A stretch of DNA of 63,708 bases, counting the filler, from Lenisia limosa (taxonomy: Eukaryota > Protista > Breviatea), in NCBI GenBank assembly GCA_001655205.1. It is 13 parts of 13 records of this genome, joined end to end, with 100 filler letters (N's around TTAATTAATTAA, not from the genome) between each part and the next. Parts side by side here need not be neighbours in the genome. Positions count along the whole stretch, not along the records: positions 25,377 to 27,999 come from LPNZ01010792.1; positions 28,100 to 30,802 come from LPNZ01000670.1; positions 30,903 to 32,074 come from LPNZ01004896.1; positions 32,175 to 42,330 come from LPNZ01003280.1; 9 more parts are not named here. One strand, written 5' to 3'. Position 1 is the stretch's first letter; every line of letters begins with the position of its first letter. Under the pieces are notes generated by a model. That model worked only from the letters and a program-made list of their open reading frames with translations, did not search any database and was not told the DNA's origin. Below are positions 25,376 to 38,500 of the stretch, piece after piece. The position numbers were made by a program, and so were the translations under genes.

Positions 25376-27890
25376 NTTTGGAGGGGTCCGCTCGAAGGGC
25401 CTGGTCGTGAGATTCGAAATACTTGGGCTTTATCCAACCGCATAAAAACATGAAAATGTAGCATCAACTATTCCATTTTCAACAGCCTTCTTAAACCCAT
25501 GCCACCTTGATGTCAGCGCGAGTGTCCATATCCAGGTACTCCAGAAGGTCGTGTGAGAATTGCTTTGGCGACTTGAGCGCAACCTTAGGCTGGGGTAGTG
25601 GTCAGGGAATAGGAAAGAGAGTTTTTCCAAGTTATCTGATAATTCAATATGAAATGTTATGAGAAGCCAGTACACTCCCCCCTCCCCTCGAAATTTCCTT
25701 TGTTTTACTCCCCCCCCCCCACCTGTTCATTGTAGACGCGGACGTAAATGCCACCAATCTGTAGCTCCTTCTTGTGTGCCGCGTAGATGAACGTGCACAA
25801 TTGATCGGGGGTCAGCTCTGATAGTGTAATAGCAAGATAATGGATTGTAAAATTGGTGTCGTTAAATACTTGCAAAAGATAGCAACGTACGTTGGCCTAC
25901 CTTGCTTCATAAGCTGTCCTCTAATGAAGCCTGCAAGCTCGCCGCGTGTGTCATTGTTCCAAATCAGAGTCGGAGTCTCAGCGTTGCTATAGCGTTAATG
26001 CTATCAAGCAATTCCCATGCTGTAAAAAGAAGAACAGGACAATAATAATCATAAAAAACAGTCAGCATTTCAGTGAAAATATGATATCATTACAATATGT
26101 AATCTGACCAAAGGAGTAGAAGAACAGAAAGCTGCCAAAAAAAATAATAACAACAGAATACTACCCTCGTCACCTGTTCAATCCGCGGAGGATGACCTCA
26201 GGGCTCTTTTTACAGATCCACTCCGAGAGAACGGGGGTGAGGGCCGAAGACACTGCCTTACGCACTGTGTTGTTTCGGGGGGCTGCGGGGTCTTGACCTG
26301 GGTACGGTGAAATAAGATTTTGTCAATTAACAAAAAAAACACCACAGAAACTGTTCCTGCTCTAAACCAATTCTGTAAAAATATAGTAACGCTAATAGAA
26401 TCAAATTGACAATAGAGAGATGGCCATACCGGTAAGCCTGCCGAGGGCAACAATGGCAAGTTTGGCGTGGCTGTTGGCAACCTCCTAAGGGGGTGGGTAA
26501 CAGACATGGTGTCAATGGCAAAATCGTCAATAAAACGTGAAGTACCTCTACATTATGTAATATCCCAAAAACAAAGAGTTGAGTATTTCTTACCTGGGGG
26601 TTGGTATCAGCAGCTTTCTCCACTCCACCCTCGTCAAGGGTGTAGTCGTAGCGGAAAAGCATTGGTAACAGGCGCCATAACACTCCACCTGGGGGGGGGG
26701 TAAGAGGAATTATTTGTGATATTTTTACTGCTTGTCGATATTAAACTATGCCCCAAGATAATCAACCAGAAAGAGCGTGTACCGCCCTTTTGAGGTTGAA
26801 GACAGGCCAGACAAAAGAAAGAAAGATGGATCAGTGTCAATAAAAAATAACAAAAAAACAACAACAACAAAAAAGACAGAAGCACCCCCCCCGAATGGTG
26901 GCATACTCTCGAAGAGGAGGTTCTGAAGTCCGGCGTCCAGACTGAACTGGCATACACACTCCAAAGCAGCNNNNNNNNNNNNNNNNNNNNNNNNNNNNNN
27001 NNNNNNNNNNNNNNNNNNNNNNNNNNNNNNNNNNNNNNNNNNNNNNNNNNNNNNNNNNNNNNNNNNNNNNNNNNNNNNNNNNNNNNNNNNNNNNNNNNNN
27101 NNNNNNNNNNNNNNNNNNNNNNNNNNNNNNNNNNNNNNNNNNNNNNNNNNNCAGACGTTGTACACACATCTGATTATTAGATCCATGGAAGTTTCATCGC
27201 ATCAAAAGTTCCACAACTCTCATTCACACATGTACCTTCGTGGAAGCACTGAAAGTGAACATTTGAATCAGGTAGGTCGACACGGCTGCGGGAGGGGCAC
27301 TTCCGGGGAGGGTAGTCGACATAACATCAAGAGCACGCGAGAGGGCTGCTGCTGAGACCTAAAGAGGGTGTTATCACGATATAACGGGGTGCCACCAGGG
27401 GGGGGGGGGGGNNNNNNNNNNNNNNNNNNNNNNNNNNNNNNNNNNNNNNNNNNNNNNNNNNNNNNNNNNNNNNNNNNNNNNNNNNNNNNNNNNNNNNNNN
27501 NNNNNNNNNCACCCATCAATGGACTCCTACCTCGAGTCCGTTGTGCCTTGCAAGCTCATCGGCATTCAAAACAGCACAATTGAGTGTTAACATCAAGAGG
27601 TTTGTGGCAGGCTGGGGAAGGGGGGTTAAATCTTGAGCGACTTGCACTGTAGCAAATTACTGGCATGAACAATTGACAGTTATAATAATCATTCTTACAA
27701 AACACTGGGGGGATAACGGCAACATGTACAACCCACCTTGCCCAGCAAACCGTCAGGATAAGTGGCTTAGAGTCCCAGAGACCCTCAACTGAAATCTGCT
27801 TCTGGATCAACTCAATAAGGAGAGGATATCCGGCGTATTTGAACGGCTTCAACTCCGCACGGTAACGCGAATACAGAATGCACTGTCGGT
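25376..27890 (-). CDS. DNAJC13: RME-8 / DNAJC13 (GRV2/KAM2 family) endosomal J-domain protein, internal fragment
   Basis: Exons YSRYRAELKPFKYAGYPLLIELIQ, PTLIWNNDTRGELAGFIRGQL, HKKELQIGGIYVR, PKVALKSPKQFSHDLLEYL match remembered RME-8 motifs (PYKYAGYPML, LIWNNSTRAEL, KELIVGEIFVR). Confidence 0.85.
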
Positions 27891-27944
27891 GGTAAAATAA
27901 AAAAGAAAATAAAAAAGGGGAGGGGAAGAAAAAAGAAATAAAAA

Positions 27945-27999
27945 TGCATCGCCCGGGAATCGAACCCGGGTCGCGACGATGGCAACGTCGAATTCTACC
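27945..27999 (-). tRNA. tRNA-Gly(GCC); 5' end lost in the gap
   Basis: Minus strand reads GGTAGAATT-CGACG-TTGCCAT-CGTCG-CGA-CCCGG-GTTCGATTC-CCGGGCGATGCA: D-arm end, anticodon stem CGACG/CGTCG with GCC, canonical T-arm and discriminator A. A T-rich Pol III terminator follows directly. Confidence 0.92.
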
Positions 28000-28559
28000 N
28001 NNNNNNNNNNNNNNNNNNNNNNNNNNNNNNNNNNNNNNNNNNNTTAATTAATTAANNNNNNNNNNNNNNNNNNNNNNNNNNNNNNNNNNNNNNNNNNNNG
28101 AATGGCCTCGTTTTCTCCACGTCATCGACCTGAGCCTGCGCGCTGCCGCCAACAGCGCCACATGCACGCAAAGTCCGTTCAGCTGCCCCGCGGTCCTGGC
28201 GCCGTACTTTGTCCACCCCATTGCAGGGTCGTGCTTTGACCTGGTTATTGCGGCGGCGGACTGCATGGTCGCCAGCTTCAAGGAAACCACGCGAACCGTT
28301 ACCCCGGGAGAGAGGTCCGCGGGTACTGCTGCATAAGGGTGTATTAACCAATTGATGTCCACAGTCCACTTGTTGTCTGTGGTATGCGTCTGTTCACAGA
28401 CTTCCAACATATCATTATTAAATATCGATATGTGCAAGACATTGGGCGGTAAATGATCTCATATCCTTTTGGTTTAATTTTGTGAACTTCTTCATATTTA
28501 TTATGAACATATGTATTACTGCCATAAAGCGAAATCGGCCAGTTTGATGATTTTTAGTA

Positions 28560-29920
28560 TGGCTTTGGAAGAGTCCGGAGGGATGCAGCAGATTCTGAGG
28601 ACAACATCTTCAGTAACGGCTGGCATTCTGGGCCTTCCTTCATGCAGGTTCGCGGTGCTCTTTTGGTTTATATTTCAATGTTTTTTAATCTACATGATCC
28701 AAAAAAGTCCAAACTTGTATCGATATTTGTTTTGGAATTTTGTTTGAAGTTTCAAGATCAGCTAATTTGTCAGGTCCCGAGAAGATAGCGAAGCCTCCCT
28801 CTGTGCATTGACTGAAACACTGAAAGTCACAAACGCAGTCACTGCTGATGAGGAAGACGTGAGGGGCCTGGGGTCGCTTTGACCTTTTTTCATTAATTCC
28901 TAGGTTCTAATCACTACGTTGGGATTTTTCATTAATTCCTTTTNNNNNNNNNNNNNNNNNNNNNNNNNNNNNNNNNNNNNNNNNNNNNNNNNNNNNNNNN
29001 NNNNNNNNNNNNNNNNNNNNNNNNNNNNNNNNNGCTCCGGCCGAGCCATCACAGTCCCCACAGCCCCCTGCTGAACAGCCTAATTTCGTAATCCGGTATG
29101 GGGGATCTTCTATCCCTTGATTTTTTTCCGCTAATAATAATAGTCAGTCACAATTGCTTAATTCACCTCCCCCCCCCCCAGATTATTCAGGCTTGTTACA
29201 GGATTTCTTTCTTCAGCATTGAAAACCTTCAAGTCGTTCCTGAGCTCAAGTAGACTGTCTTCGTGTACTCTGGAAGTATGCTGGACAGGTTGTCGACTAA
29301 TACAAGGATGAAGTCTCTTTCTATGATTAACCGTTATGTGCTGGTGGAGCTGATACGGAAAATGGATAGCGGATATTTGGGATATTTAGCTCCCAAAAAC
29401 AATAAATTGTGTGTCTATTTCCTTACGTTTTAGGTGTTATGGGCGGTTGCCAAGAGGATTATGACCTCTTCAATTGTGTCGTCGTCGCTTTTGTTTGGAG
29501 TGGAGGTGGGAGGGGTGTCATCGTGCATCTTTTCTTGATAAGCTGATTTGATACTCTTTGTTACCCCCTCCCAGCTTATAGCAGTTCTCTCTGCCCTCCT
29601 CATGGCCATTTTGGGCTGGAAAACACGTGGGTCTCAACGAAAGATCCTGAGGTGGACATACAACGAAGTTGGTAGCCTCTTAAGAACGGCGTTTCTGCTC
29701 TAGTCATTGCTGTTCCTTTCCTAAGTCTCTGATAGGCTCTGAAAAGGTCTCACCAATACGACCTGTTTTGTTATTGTAGGAGATTCGTGATTCATATGCA
29801 TGCCAAACGCTGCCATGGACATGGGGTAAGGGTTAACATCAGTGGCGAGGCGACTGAATTACAAGAAGGCTCTGGGATTCATATGAATTGAGCATTTTGG
29901 TTGTAGGCACATTACAATAT
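28560..29920 (+). CDS. Multi-exon hypothetical protein with a C-terminal hydrophobic segment
   Basis: GT-AG exons IIQACYRISFFSIENLQVVPELK, MKSLSMINRYVLVELIRKMDSG, VLWAVAKRIMTSSIVSS, LIAVLSALLMAILGWKT, EIRDSYACQTLPWTW. Confidence 0.45.
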
Positions 29921-30029
29921 TCTTAATTCCTTAACTATGATAAGTCAAATAAATACTCCTATTATAACAGAAGTCCGTTTTCTTTTAAATATAAAAATAC
30001 AATAAATAGAGAACCACTAAAGAAGAAAG

Positions 30030-30821
30030 TTACACTATCCACGGCTTGTTGAAGAGCTGCGGAAGGATACCATGATATCGGGGCGTTGGACTGGGTCCGT
30101 TTCGCTCATGTCACACGCGATGAGCATATTGCCGGCTACTGTACCTGATTTCTGGGGGGAGGGGAAGTAAAATTGGAAACAAAAAAAAAGCCCAAATCAA
30201 CTCCGTTGGCTGACAACACACGAGGGTTGACAACAAAACAAACAAAGCCTAGGCCAGTCGCTTATGCATCAGCGCATCAGGGGGTTAAATGGATTGAAAA
30301 CAAAATAACAACAACAACAAAAAAAACCCCAGCAACATTTTGTGATTGCACACCCCCCACTTGATGCCTGGTGTCTAGGAGGGACTGTTCATGCCCTGAA
30401 GTCGCCAAGAGAGAGTCCACAGAGGTCTGATTCGTTAGACGGTTAAGATGGAGAAGAGAGTGACGCCATGCCCCACCTTGATAGCACCGAGGAAGCCGCC
30501 CGGGCCTACGCTGCCGTTCCAAACCTATGCGGTCAGGGGTGGAAAGGGCGAAACGAAAAATAATACCTCCATTTCCACAACCCCGATTCTCCTTGATACC
30601 TCCATCTCCACAACCCCGACTCTTCTTGATACCTCCATCTCCACAACCCTGACTCTCCTTTATATCTTCAACCCTCTATCAATAGCACCAACCTCTATCA
30701 GCAACCTTCGTCCTCGGTTAGCGCCGCATAGGTCCTTCAAAGACACCCTGACTTCCGGCCACACGGGTGACACTGTTGAGGGGATGGCCTCTAAGCGCAA
30801 AANNNNNNNNNNNNNNNNNNN
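30030..30821 (-). CDS. 3' exons of a hypothetical protein
   Basis: Splice-bounded segments (VWNGSVGPGGFLGAIK; final exon after CCCCCAG at ~30152). The reading frame across exons is uncertain. Confidence 0.35.
30563..30660. repeat. 33-bp tandem repeat, 3 copies
   Basis: Unit approximately ATACCTCCATCTCCACAACCCCGACTCTCCTTG. Confidence 0.85.
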
Positions 30822-30977
30822 NNNNNNNNNNNNNNNNNNNNNNNNNTTAATTAATTAANNNNNNNNNNNNNNNNNNNNNNNNNNNNNNNNNNNNNNNNNN
30901 NNTGAACCAAAGTGAAGCCTGGGATCTAACACATTTCAGCTTCAACCGTCTTCAAACATTGCCCTTCCCAGCCCCCC

Positions 30978-31985
30978 AGTAAACGAAATGGCAGCGTTAC
31001 AAGCAGCGAAAAACCTGTATGAGCTTGCTTTTTTTTTATTATTATAATTTTTCCTTTTCCTTTTTTTTTTGTTTTAACTAACCCCACCACCCCCTAGGAT
31101 ATCAGATCATAAACCAATTCACTCACCCCCCAAATATCATAGATTAAAATATTCGCCTCCTCCCACCCAGGTCACTTGCAGAAGTGACTGGCCTGGCCTG
31201 GACTTTGTTTGTTTTGTTGTTATCAACCCTCGTGTGTTGTCAGCCAACAAAGTTGATTTGGGTTTTTTTGGTTCATAAAAATTCCTATTTTACCCCCCCA
31301 GGTCGCTGGTTGGAGGAGGCCCGTCCGCTCCCACCCCGGTTGATCACAAGCCCGACCTCACCTTGGTTGCTAACGCCACTGTCGAGGTCATGCATTTCTC
31401 TGATCAACAGGTCGGTTCTTCTTGTTGTTTTTCTTTGTAGTTGTTGGGTGTTCTTCATCTTCTAGATATCGATGTGTTTTTCTTTATTTTCACTACTACT
31501 CACCTTATATTGCACTATTCATATTTGAACTACTTTACGCTATTTCAACAACTTGCCGTATTTGGCAACTGCCTAATTCGACCAGACCGGCGCAATTATC
31601 GGAAGAGGCGGGGACCTCATTCGCAAAATCGCCACATTTGCCATGGTCAAAACGAAGGTGTCAGAAAAGTCCCCCTCAGAGTCTTATCGAAACGTCTGAG
31701 GGGCTAACATGCAAGATTTACACTATCATTGTCATTATTATTATTTTATTATTGTTGTTGTTTGCTGTATTGTTATTCACCCCCCCCCCTTCTTTTGTCA
31801 TCACCACCATTCATTACCACTACTACCATTATCATCAACAGTGTCAACAACAGCATCATCAACAACATCAACAACATCATCATCATATTATCATCAACAC
31901 CATCACCATCGTTCCCTCATCAAAGCAGGTCACGATCAGTGGAAGCAAAGATAATGTTGAACGTGCTAAGTGGCTTATTACACAG
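30978..31985 (+). CDS. KH-domain RNA-binding protein (fragment)
   Basis: Phase-consistent exons ...LQAAKNL / SLVGGG...VEVMHFSDQQ / TGAIIGRGGDLIRKIATFAMVKTK / VTISGSKDNVERAKWLITQ, containing the KH GxxG loop and terminal helix. Confidence 0.85.
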
Positions 31986-32365
31986 GTTTGGGGGTATAGT
32001 ACTATCAATGTCATCCATCTTACCCCTCGTGTGTTGTCAGCCAACAGAGTTGATTTTGAGCTTTGTTTGTTTCANNNNNNNNNNNNNNNNNNNNNNNNNN
32101 NNNNNNNNNNNNNNNNNNTTAATTAATTAANNNNNNNNNNNNNNNNNNNNNNNNNNNNNNNNNNNNNNNNNNNNGTTTTTCAAAAAGTGGGCGCGGTTAT
32201 GTTAGTGGGCGCGGTTTTGTTGGTCCACCTATATGATATATAGTATATATATATCATATATATCGATATATGATACGATACGAGATGATATAAAAACACA
32301 ATTCTCACTAAAGGATGGGATCATCACCTGTCTACGACGATGTATCCCTGTCCTAACTCTGGCAG

Positions 32366-35300
32366 GAAGAAGAGAGTCCTTGATGGATGATGTCAAACGA
32401 GAGATTGCCATACTGAAGAAGCTCAATCACCCCAATGTTCTAAATCTGACTGGTTTGTTGAAACTGTTGTAGATAACAGTACGTTAAATACTATCCAGTT
32501 CATGACAATATGTCCTTAGTTCCATACATGCCTATGAAGCTCTCTCACGGTTTGCAGAAGCGATAGATAACACCTCCGATGACAAACTGCACATTGTGAT
32601 GGAGTTTATGTCTGGAGGTCCCATTACTGACGGTATGGTAGTCTTGGGTACCATGCAATCTGATAACGGACCAAGAAACATAATGCAGTGCAGCAGTTAC
32701 AACTGATTCAACGTTATTGTTTTTGTTTTTGTTCAAATTGTGGCAATAATTTTGAAGGAATTTCTGTTAGGAACCTTAACCCTTTTTGAGTAAACTCTTC
32801 AGGTGAAGCGACTTCGGAAGTTTTCAACGAAGAGAAGTGCAGGGAATACATTTGGGACGTCATTTCAGGCCTTGCCTATCTCCATCACAACAAAGTGCGC
32901 TGCTCTTCTTACTGTGCCAAAAGATATGATATCGTAATTATAATTTACACATCAACCTCTTCATGTTGAGATAATTTATTGGTAGAAAAGGTTTCGTGAG
33001 TCATTACTGTCCGCAACTGGCGCCTTCTCATTCTTTAGATTGTACATAGAGATATCAAGCCAGAGAATTTACTAAGTTTGCTGGGATATCTCTTTAAAAA
33101 TGTTTTTTTTTCGTATAACGAACAGAACATCAATAATCTGAGAATCCCTCATGTTGTAGTCGATTCCAATGGACGAGTGCGTATCTCAGACTTTGGAACT
33201 GCAATTGAATATGCTCAGGTGGGGCTGGGATTATAAACCTAATGTTGGATTTGTTGAAGGTTGCCAATAATACCCTTTCAAAGGGTCAAATTGGGGTCAG
33301 ATGGGTTTTAGGGGAGTATGACGTGTCAACAGGTTGTGGATTCCTTCTGGCAAGTCATATGTCCTTGTTATTTGACGCTGTAGGATGATATGTTCTCAAA
33401 GGATGCAGGAACGCCAGCCTTCTTGCCCCCTGAAATTCTGGAAGTTGGAGGGGAGTATCTTTGTATTGTAAACAATCCCTTTAGCACCATGGACCATTCT
33501 AACCCCTTTAGCACAAGGGAGACCACAGCGGAAGGTCACAAGATGTGTGGGCGGCAGGTATCACTCTCTTTGTCCTTGCGTCAGGCCGTCACCCCTGGAT
33601 GAAGAACACTGTCCACGTGAGGGGGAAAGCTTCGGTCATAACCAGGGCTTCACTTCGGTTCGAAAAAGATCGGTAAAATATCGATAGTTTTCGAAGACTT
33701 ATCGAGCAATTCAGTCTTTTTTTCGAACCGAAGTGAAGTCTGAGTCATAACCGAAACTCTACAAATATTGCTGGTTTAATTGAATGAGACTTGAGTTATG
33801 TGGGGGGGAGGGGGTTCTTGAGGTATGAATCGCAACACCATTATGAAAACAGGGTACTATTATTATAACAGTAGAAATTGAACTTTTGTAACTATACCCC
33901 CAGGAGTTATTTGAGACCATCAAAAACGATCCCTTTGAAATGCCCGAACACTTCTCTGAGGAACTTCAAGGTAACCAGGGCATAATTAAATATCAGCAAG
34001 TATCATATCATCGCAGCGCACTGTTCCAGCTACTTCCTGCCTGATATTTTCCAACTGTTTACACTGTTTACACTATTTACAGAGGTCATCAATGGAGCCT
34101 TGGAAAAGGACCCCGAAAAGCGTTGGTCCATTAAAGACGTAAGCTTCATCGTATTGCTGCACTGCATAGATATGATATCATATTATATGTATATATAATT
34201 ATATATATATTATGGAGAAATGAGAAATACTAAGTTTTAATAAGGTATTTGCCCCCCCCCCCCCTTTNNNNNNNNNNNNNNNNNNNNNNNNNNNNNNNNN
34301 NNNNNNNNNNNNNNNNNNNNNNNNNNNNNNNNNNNNNNNNNNNNNNNNNATCACAACTTGGTGCATTATCTTTAATTGTACTTTGACCTGAATGTGCGAT
34401 ACAAATGCTGTGTCACCCGTCTAGCTTCAGAAGAACGACTGGGTGACCAATTACGGTCAGTATCCCTTCCCGCTCAATACCCTGGACGAGATTGTCCACG
34501 TCACTCAAGACGAAATCGACAATGCGTTTGCTATGAAATCTGTTGGCGGGTGTGCCAAGGGTTATCTTGAAATGTCTCCGAATTGCAGTTCTGACTTCCA
34601 CCTTAGATGGGAATAGCCCTTCTTGCAGCAGCAAAACTCAAACGGAGAAGGTCTTCTGTTGTTTCTCCTAATAGTGGGGGGGGGGTATAGCTGATTTCGG
34701 GTTGTTCCCTGGCTTTTTGTTACATTTCAGCTACTGCGAGAGGCCCTACACCTGTTGGCAGTATGTCCCCCGCTTCCGAAGGTATTCACCAGCCTGTTAC
34801 TCGGCTCTCTTTGGCTCCTAAGTGGACTGATAAATGCCGTTTCTGTGTCTATTTTTCTCTTCTTATCCAAAAAGATCAGTTAACGTTTCAGACACTTCAA
34901 CACCCTCGGAGAAATCTGATCACCCACCCCCTATTTCCTCTTCCGATTCCACCATGTAAGATCGTGACCCGGATGATTGGTCATAAAGCTAAGCTTTTGT
35001 CATTTTCATGGTTCAGCTTTCCCCAAAGCATAAACCCGATCACATCACCCGAAGCTTCGAGAGAACAAATTAAGTAGGCTCTTTTCATTTGGTCATGTGT
35101 TTATAATGTTTTTCGCCTCCATTATTTTTTTAAAACAACAGACTCCTGAAGGACCTTTCTCCATCTGACTGCTTAGGTCCCCATCAACAAGCGAAAGTCC
35201 CGTGATGATGACTGATGAGGTGAGCTTGCCGAAGTCGCATTCGGGGACGCTGCCCACCCCAGGAACCGTGTGTTAGATTAGATATGTATGTTGGGTGTGT

Positions 35301-35381
35301 AGTGTAGTCAACCTGTTGAGTGGACATTAATGTATTTCCATTTCTATCGCCAAGTTACTGAATACGAACGTGTCGCTGTGA
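32366..35381 (+). CDS. CaMKK-like Ser/Thr protein kinase (CaMKK/SAK1/GRIK group); N-terminus missing
   Basis: Exons DDVKREIAILKKLNHPNV, KLHIVMEFMSGG, IVHRDIKPENLL, RVRISDFG, FSKDAGTPAFLPPE, GRSQDVWAAGITLF, DWVTNYGQYPFP...VHVTQDEIDNA. Confidence 0.88.
33643..33743. mobile_element. MITE family A in a kinase intron
   Basis: CAGGGCTTCACTTCGGTTCG... with perfect 8-bp TSD GTCATAAC. Confidence 0.9.
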
Positions 35382-35519
35382 AGTGTTCATAAGGTGTCCC
35401 ATCACATCATCCTAGCTGACTGGTTGATGTTGGATGTAAGAACTATGAGACAGCAGACGGGAAAAATGCAGAAAGATTCATATGGAAGAAACATAACCAA
35501 TTACCTAGACACAAGAACA

Positions 35520-38500
35520 CTACTCCTCCTCCTCCACGTCACCACCAACACTGAGAACCTCATCATCGCTGTCACTAAGGTCTTCGTCTGAGTCGAAATC
35601 TGAGGGGGGGGGGTGAAGAATGGATTAATAAAGGGGCTGTTTCCATTTGGTACTCGAAAAAGAGACGAAGATAGCCTATCACCTCCAGCCTTCCGCTTCA
35701 ACGTCGTCTCTTCAGCTTCCGACTCCTCTTCCGCCTCCATCATGGCCTTCTTCATCTTCTCGCGCGCCGCAGCAACCTGTGGAAAAGATAAGGCCATTCC
35801 AAGGGTTCATTGAAAATTGTACGAGAAATATGATGAGGCTCTGTCGTTAGATGTCCAACAAGATTTCAGTGTTTCAAAAAAGAGCAACAGGATCTTATTC
35901 CTCGAACCTCGTTCTCGAGCCGAGCGAGTTCACCGTCGTCACCCCAGCCGAATATCTCTGACGGCAGGAACGACATTTGAGTGGAGTCTTCGGTCGATTT
36001 TTTGAAGGACGTTTGGTTCTGATCCTCATCAATCTTGAGAATCAGTTAAGAGACGGGATTACCATGATGAAATACCCACATTGAAACCTGCACAAAAGAA
36101 ATATCGGCCCACCTTGATCCCGTCAGTAAACCAGGATTGGCCAGATGACGCGTAAGTGTTAACAAATTCTCGGGCCTCAGGACTGAGCTCCTTGCTCCTA
36201 AGATCGTTACATGCAACCCTACCCAAGGCTTCGCTTATTCCCCAATAAAGCTGATAGATATGCTTTCATGTATGAAGTTTGCAGCAATACACACTTTTGG
36301 CCTTCTTGCTCGAAAAGGGCGGCCGCAACGTTCTTTGATGTGGCCATTCCGCTGGCCTCAAGGTGTTTCATGTAGGCGTTGGCGTGTCTGTGGAGTACAG
36401 TGAGCAAGGCATACCCATAGAAATATGTATAAATTTCAGAGGAGATTAATTAGGAACCGTTGGTATACATTGTACCAAAGTTAGGAACATAAAATGACAA
36501 AAAGTCAGCCGGTAAAGGTTGAGCACACCCCCTCAATCTGACCTTTTCCTCACGGCAGTCTTAGTGTGTGATTGTAGTCGGGTGTCACAGACTCTCTGTT
36601 TGGGTTATTAGGCAGGGCTCCAAGCAATGTTTATTAGGCTCCAAGCATGTTTATTGGTGAGGTGAGTTGTCATCCCTTTTGCTTCATGACCCCCCCGACC
36701 ATGATGCGAGCAAGGACGGGCCTGAGGATGGATGCGTTGATCTGAATGGACTTGTCATGCACGCGTTTGAGGGTGCGGATGAGGAGCATGTCAAAGAGGG
36801 GTGTTTCGCCTGCGGAGGAGGGGTCAATCTTGTAGCACCAGAATTGAGAATGTAGGAGACAATATCAAGGAAACTTGGTAAAAAAAAAAACACCAGCTTG
36901 CCCCCTCTCCCACTGCTAGGGAAGTTGTTTGAGAAGAAAGAGAGGAGACGGGGGACTAAATTGGGGTCAACGGACGAGAGGATCTCGGGAGCCTGAAGAG
37001 TGAGAAGGACATATCATGTAATCGATTGTCCTGGAATATCAAAAACAGAATGCCAAGTTGAAGTGTTGAGGAGGCCCGACATACAAGGGTGGGGGGGATG
37101 GCGTAGAGGGCGTATCGGACCATTTCATCATCATTGTTCTGGAGACCAATCTGGGGAGGTTAAAGAAGGAAATCTCTTGGAAGGAACTGAGCTAAAGAAT
37201 ACACAAAATTGGCAGATATCTACGGTCAGGTTGAATAGAGGCAGCACCCACCATGATAGCCCTGGCGAACTGCCCTTTTTGGAGTAAATCCTCGAGCGAG
37301 TCGTTCTGGTTGACTACGGTGAAGGCCTTGCCGCTTGTGTTGTTCTTGTTCAAGTTGTCAAACACTGGGGGGTTAGCAGGGGCAACAGACTGGAAAGTGG
37401 CACAGTATCGGGAGAAATGGGATAGAAGGTTGAGAAGGTAGAGGCATACCGACGAGACCCTCCGGGGTGACGGCCGTGAAGCACGAAGCGTCGGGAGAGA
37501 ACTTCACTGAGTCCACTCTGACGGGTTATTAATTTGGAATATGAGATGACCATAGGAATCTGGAAAAACCAATAATAACACACCTCATTTCCTTCTTGAC
37601 TCTTCTTGAGGAGTAGTCCCCGACCTTGGTTCCGGGGAGGGAAATGTCCCTGTTTTGATGAGCGTTGTGACCAGATGAAAAGCCATCGATGATGACACAT
37701 CAGAATAGTGCTGATGTTCCTGAGAAGTATTGATATTTCACTGGGATTTTTCCGTCCTGCTGAACAACAAAAGGACTGACTGTATGTCATGTAGTCTATT
37801 TTACATATAATAATGCATGTAATATTAGTATATCATATGATGGATGGAAGGTACTAAACGACCAGTGCCAATACGCAAGTAATCTACTGTAAACAATCCT
37901 CCACCCCCCTCCCCCCTCCAACTTGAATTTCCTTTCACCCTTCAAAGCGTCCTTCTTTTCCTTCAGGTCATCGATCGTTAACCCGTCTTCCAAGACCCTC
38001 TGGATTGTTACTTGCAGAATGGAAAAGTGGCTTCCTCAAGTGGACGAAGAAGTGACATGGTCTATTAAACTGAGAAGGAGTTGATGAAGTGCCCACTCTG
38101 CTGTCTTTCGTTTTGCTGACACCGTCAAGACTTCTGTTCTCCGATGTGCTTCTCTTTCCAGCAAGTCTCTGGTTGTCCACAGTGTACGCAACAACCCATC
38201 TTGAAGGTCAAAACCAACCAAAGGCTAACAAGTTGCCAATGATATTTGCATTAAGAAGGGTTGATTCAAAGATGCCGTGGCCAAGCCTACTTGGAGTTAC
38301 CACCGCAGATAATGTAGTGGCCGTCTGGTGAAAATGCGAGTCTAAGGAGTGAGCAAAAAACCTTTCAAAGGTATCATATGTATGTATAATATTTAAAGAT
38401 ACGAATTAAAAAATGATAGTAGACCATTAATTTTAACACGAAAGGCAACCCACACGTTATTTCCACCCCCCCCCCCCCNNNNNNNNNNNNNNNNNNNNNN

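Noticed and set aside
31422-32126. 234-aa ORF with poly-H/Q
   Set aside because: Mostly translation of an intronic CAT/CAA microsatellite; the real KH exons are short segments within and around it.
32366-35381. Non-standard genetic code or non-canonical introns
   Set aside because: Reconstructed kinase, PDE, KH and ALG3-like exons join in phase with GT-AG ends and no in-frame stops.
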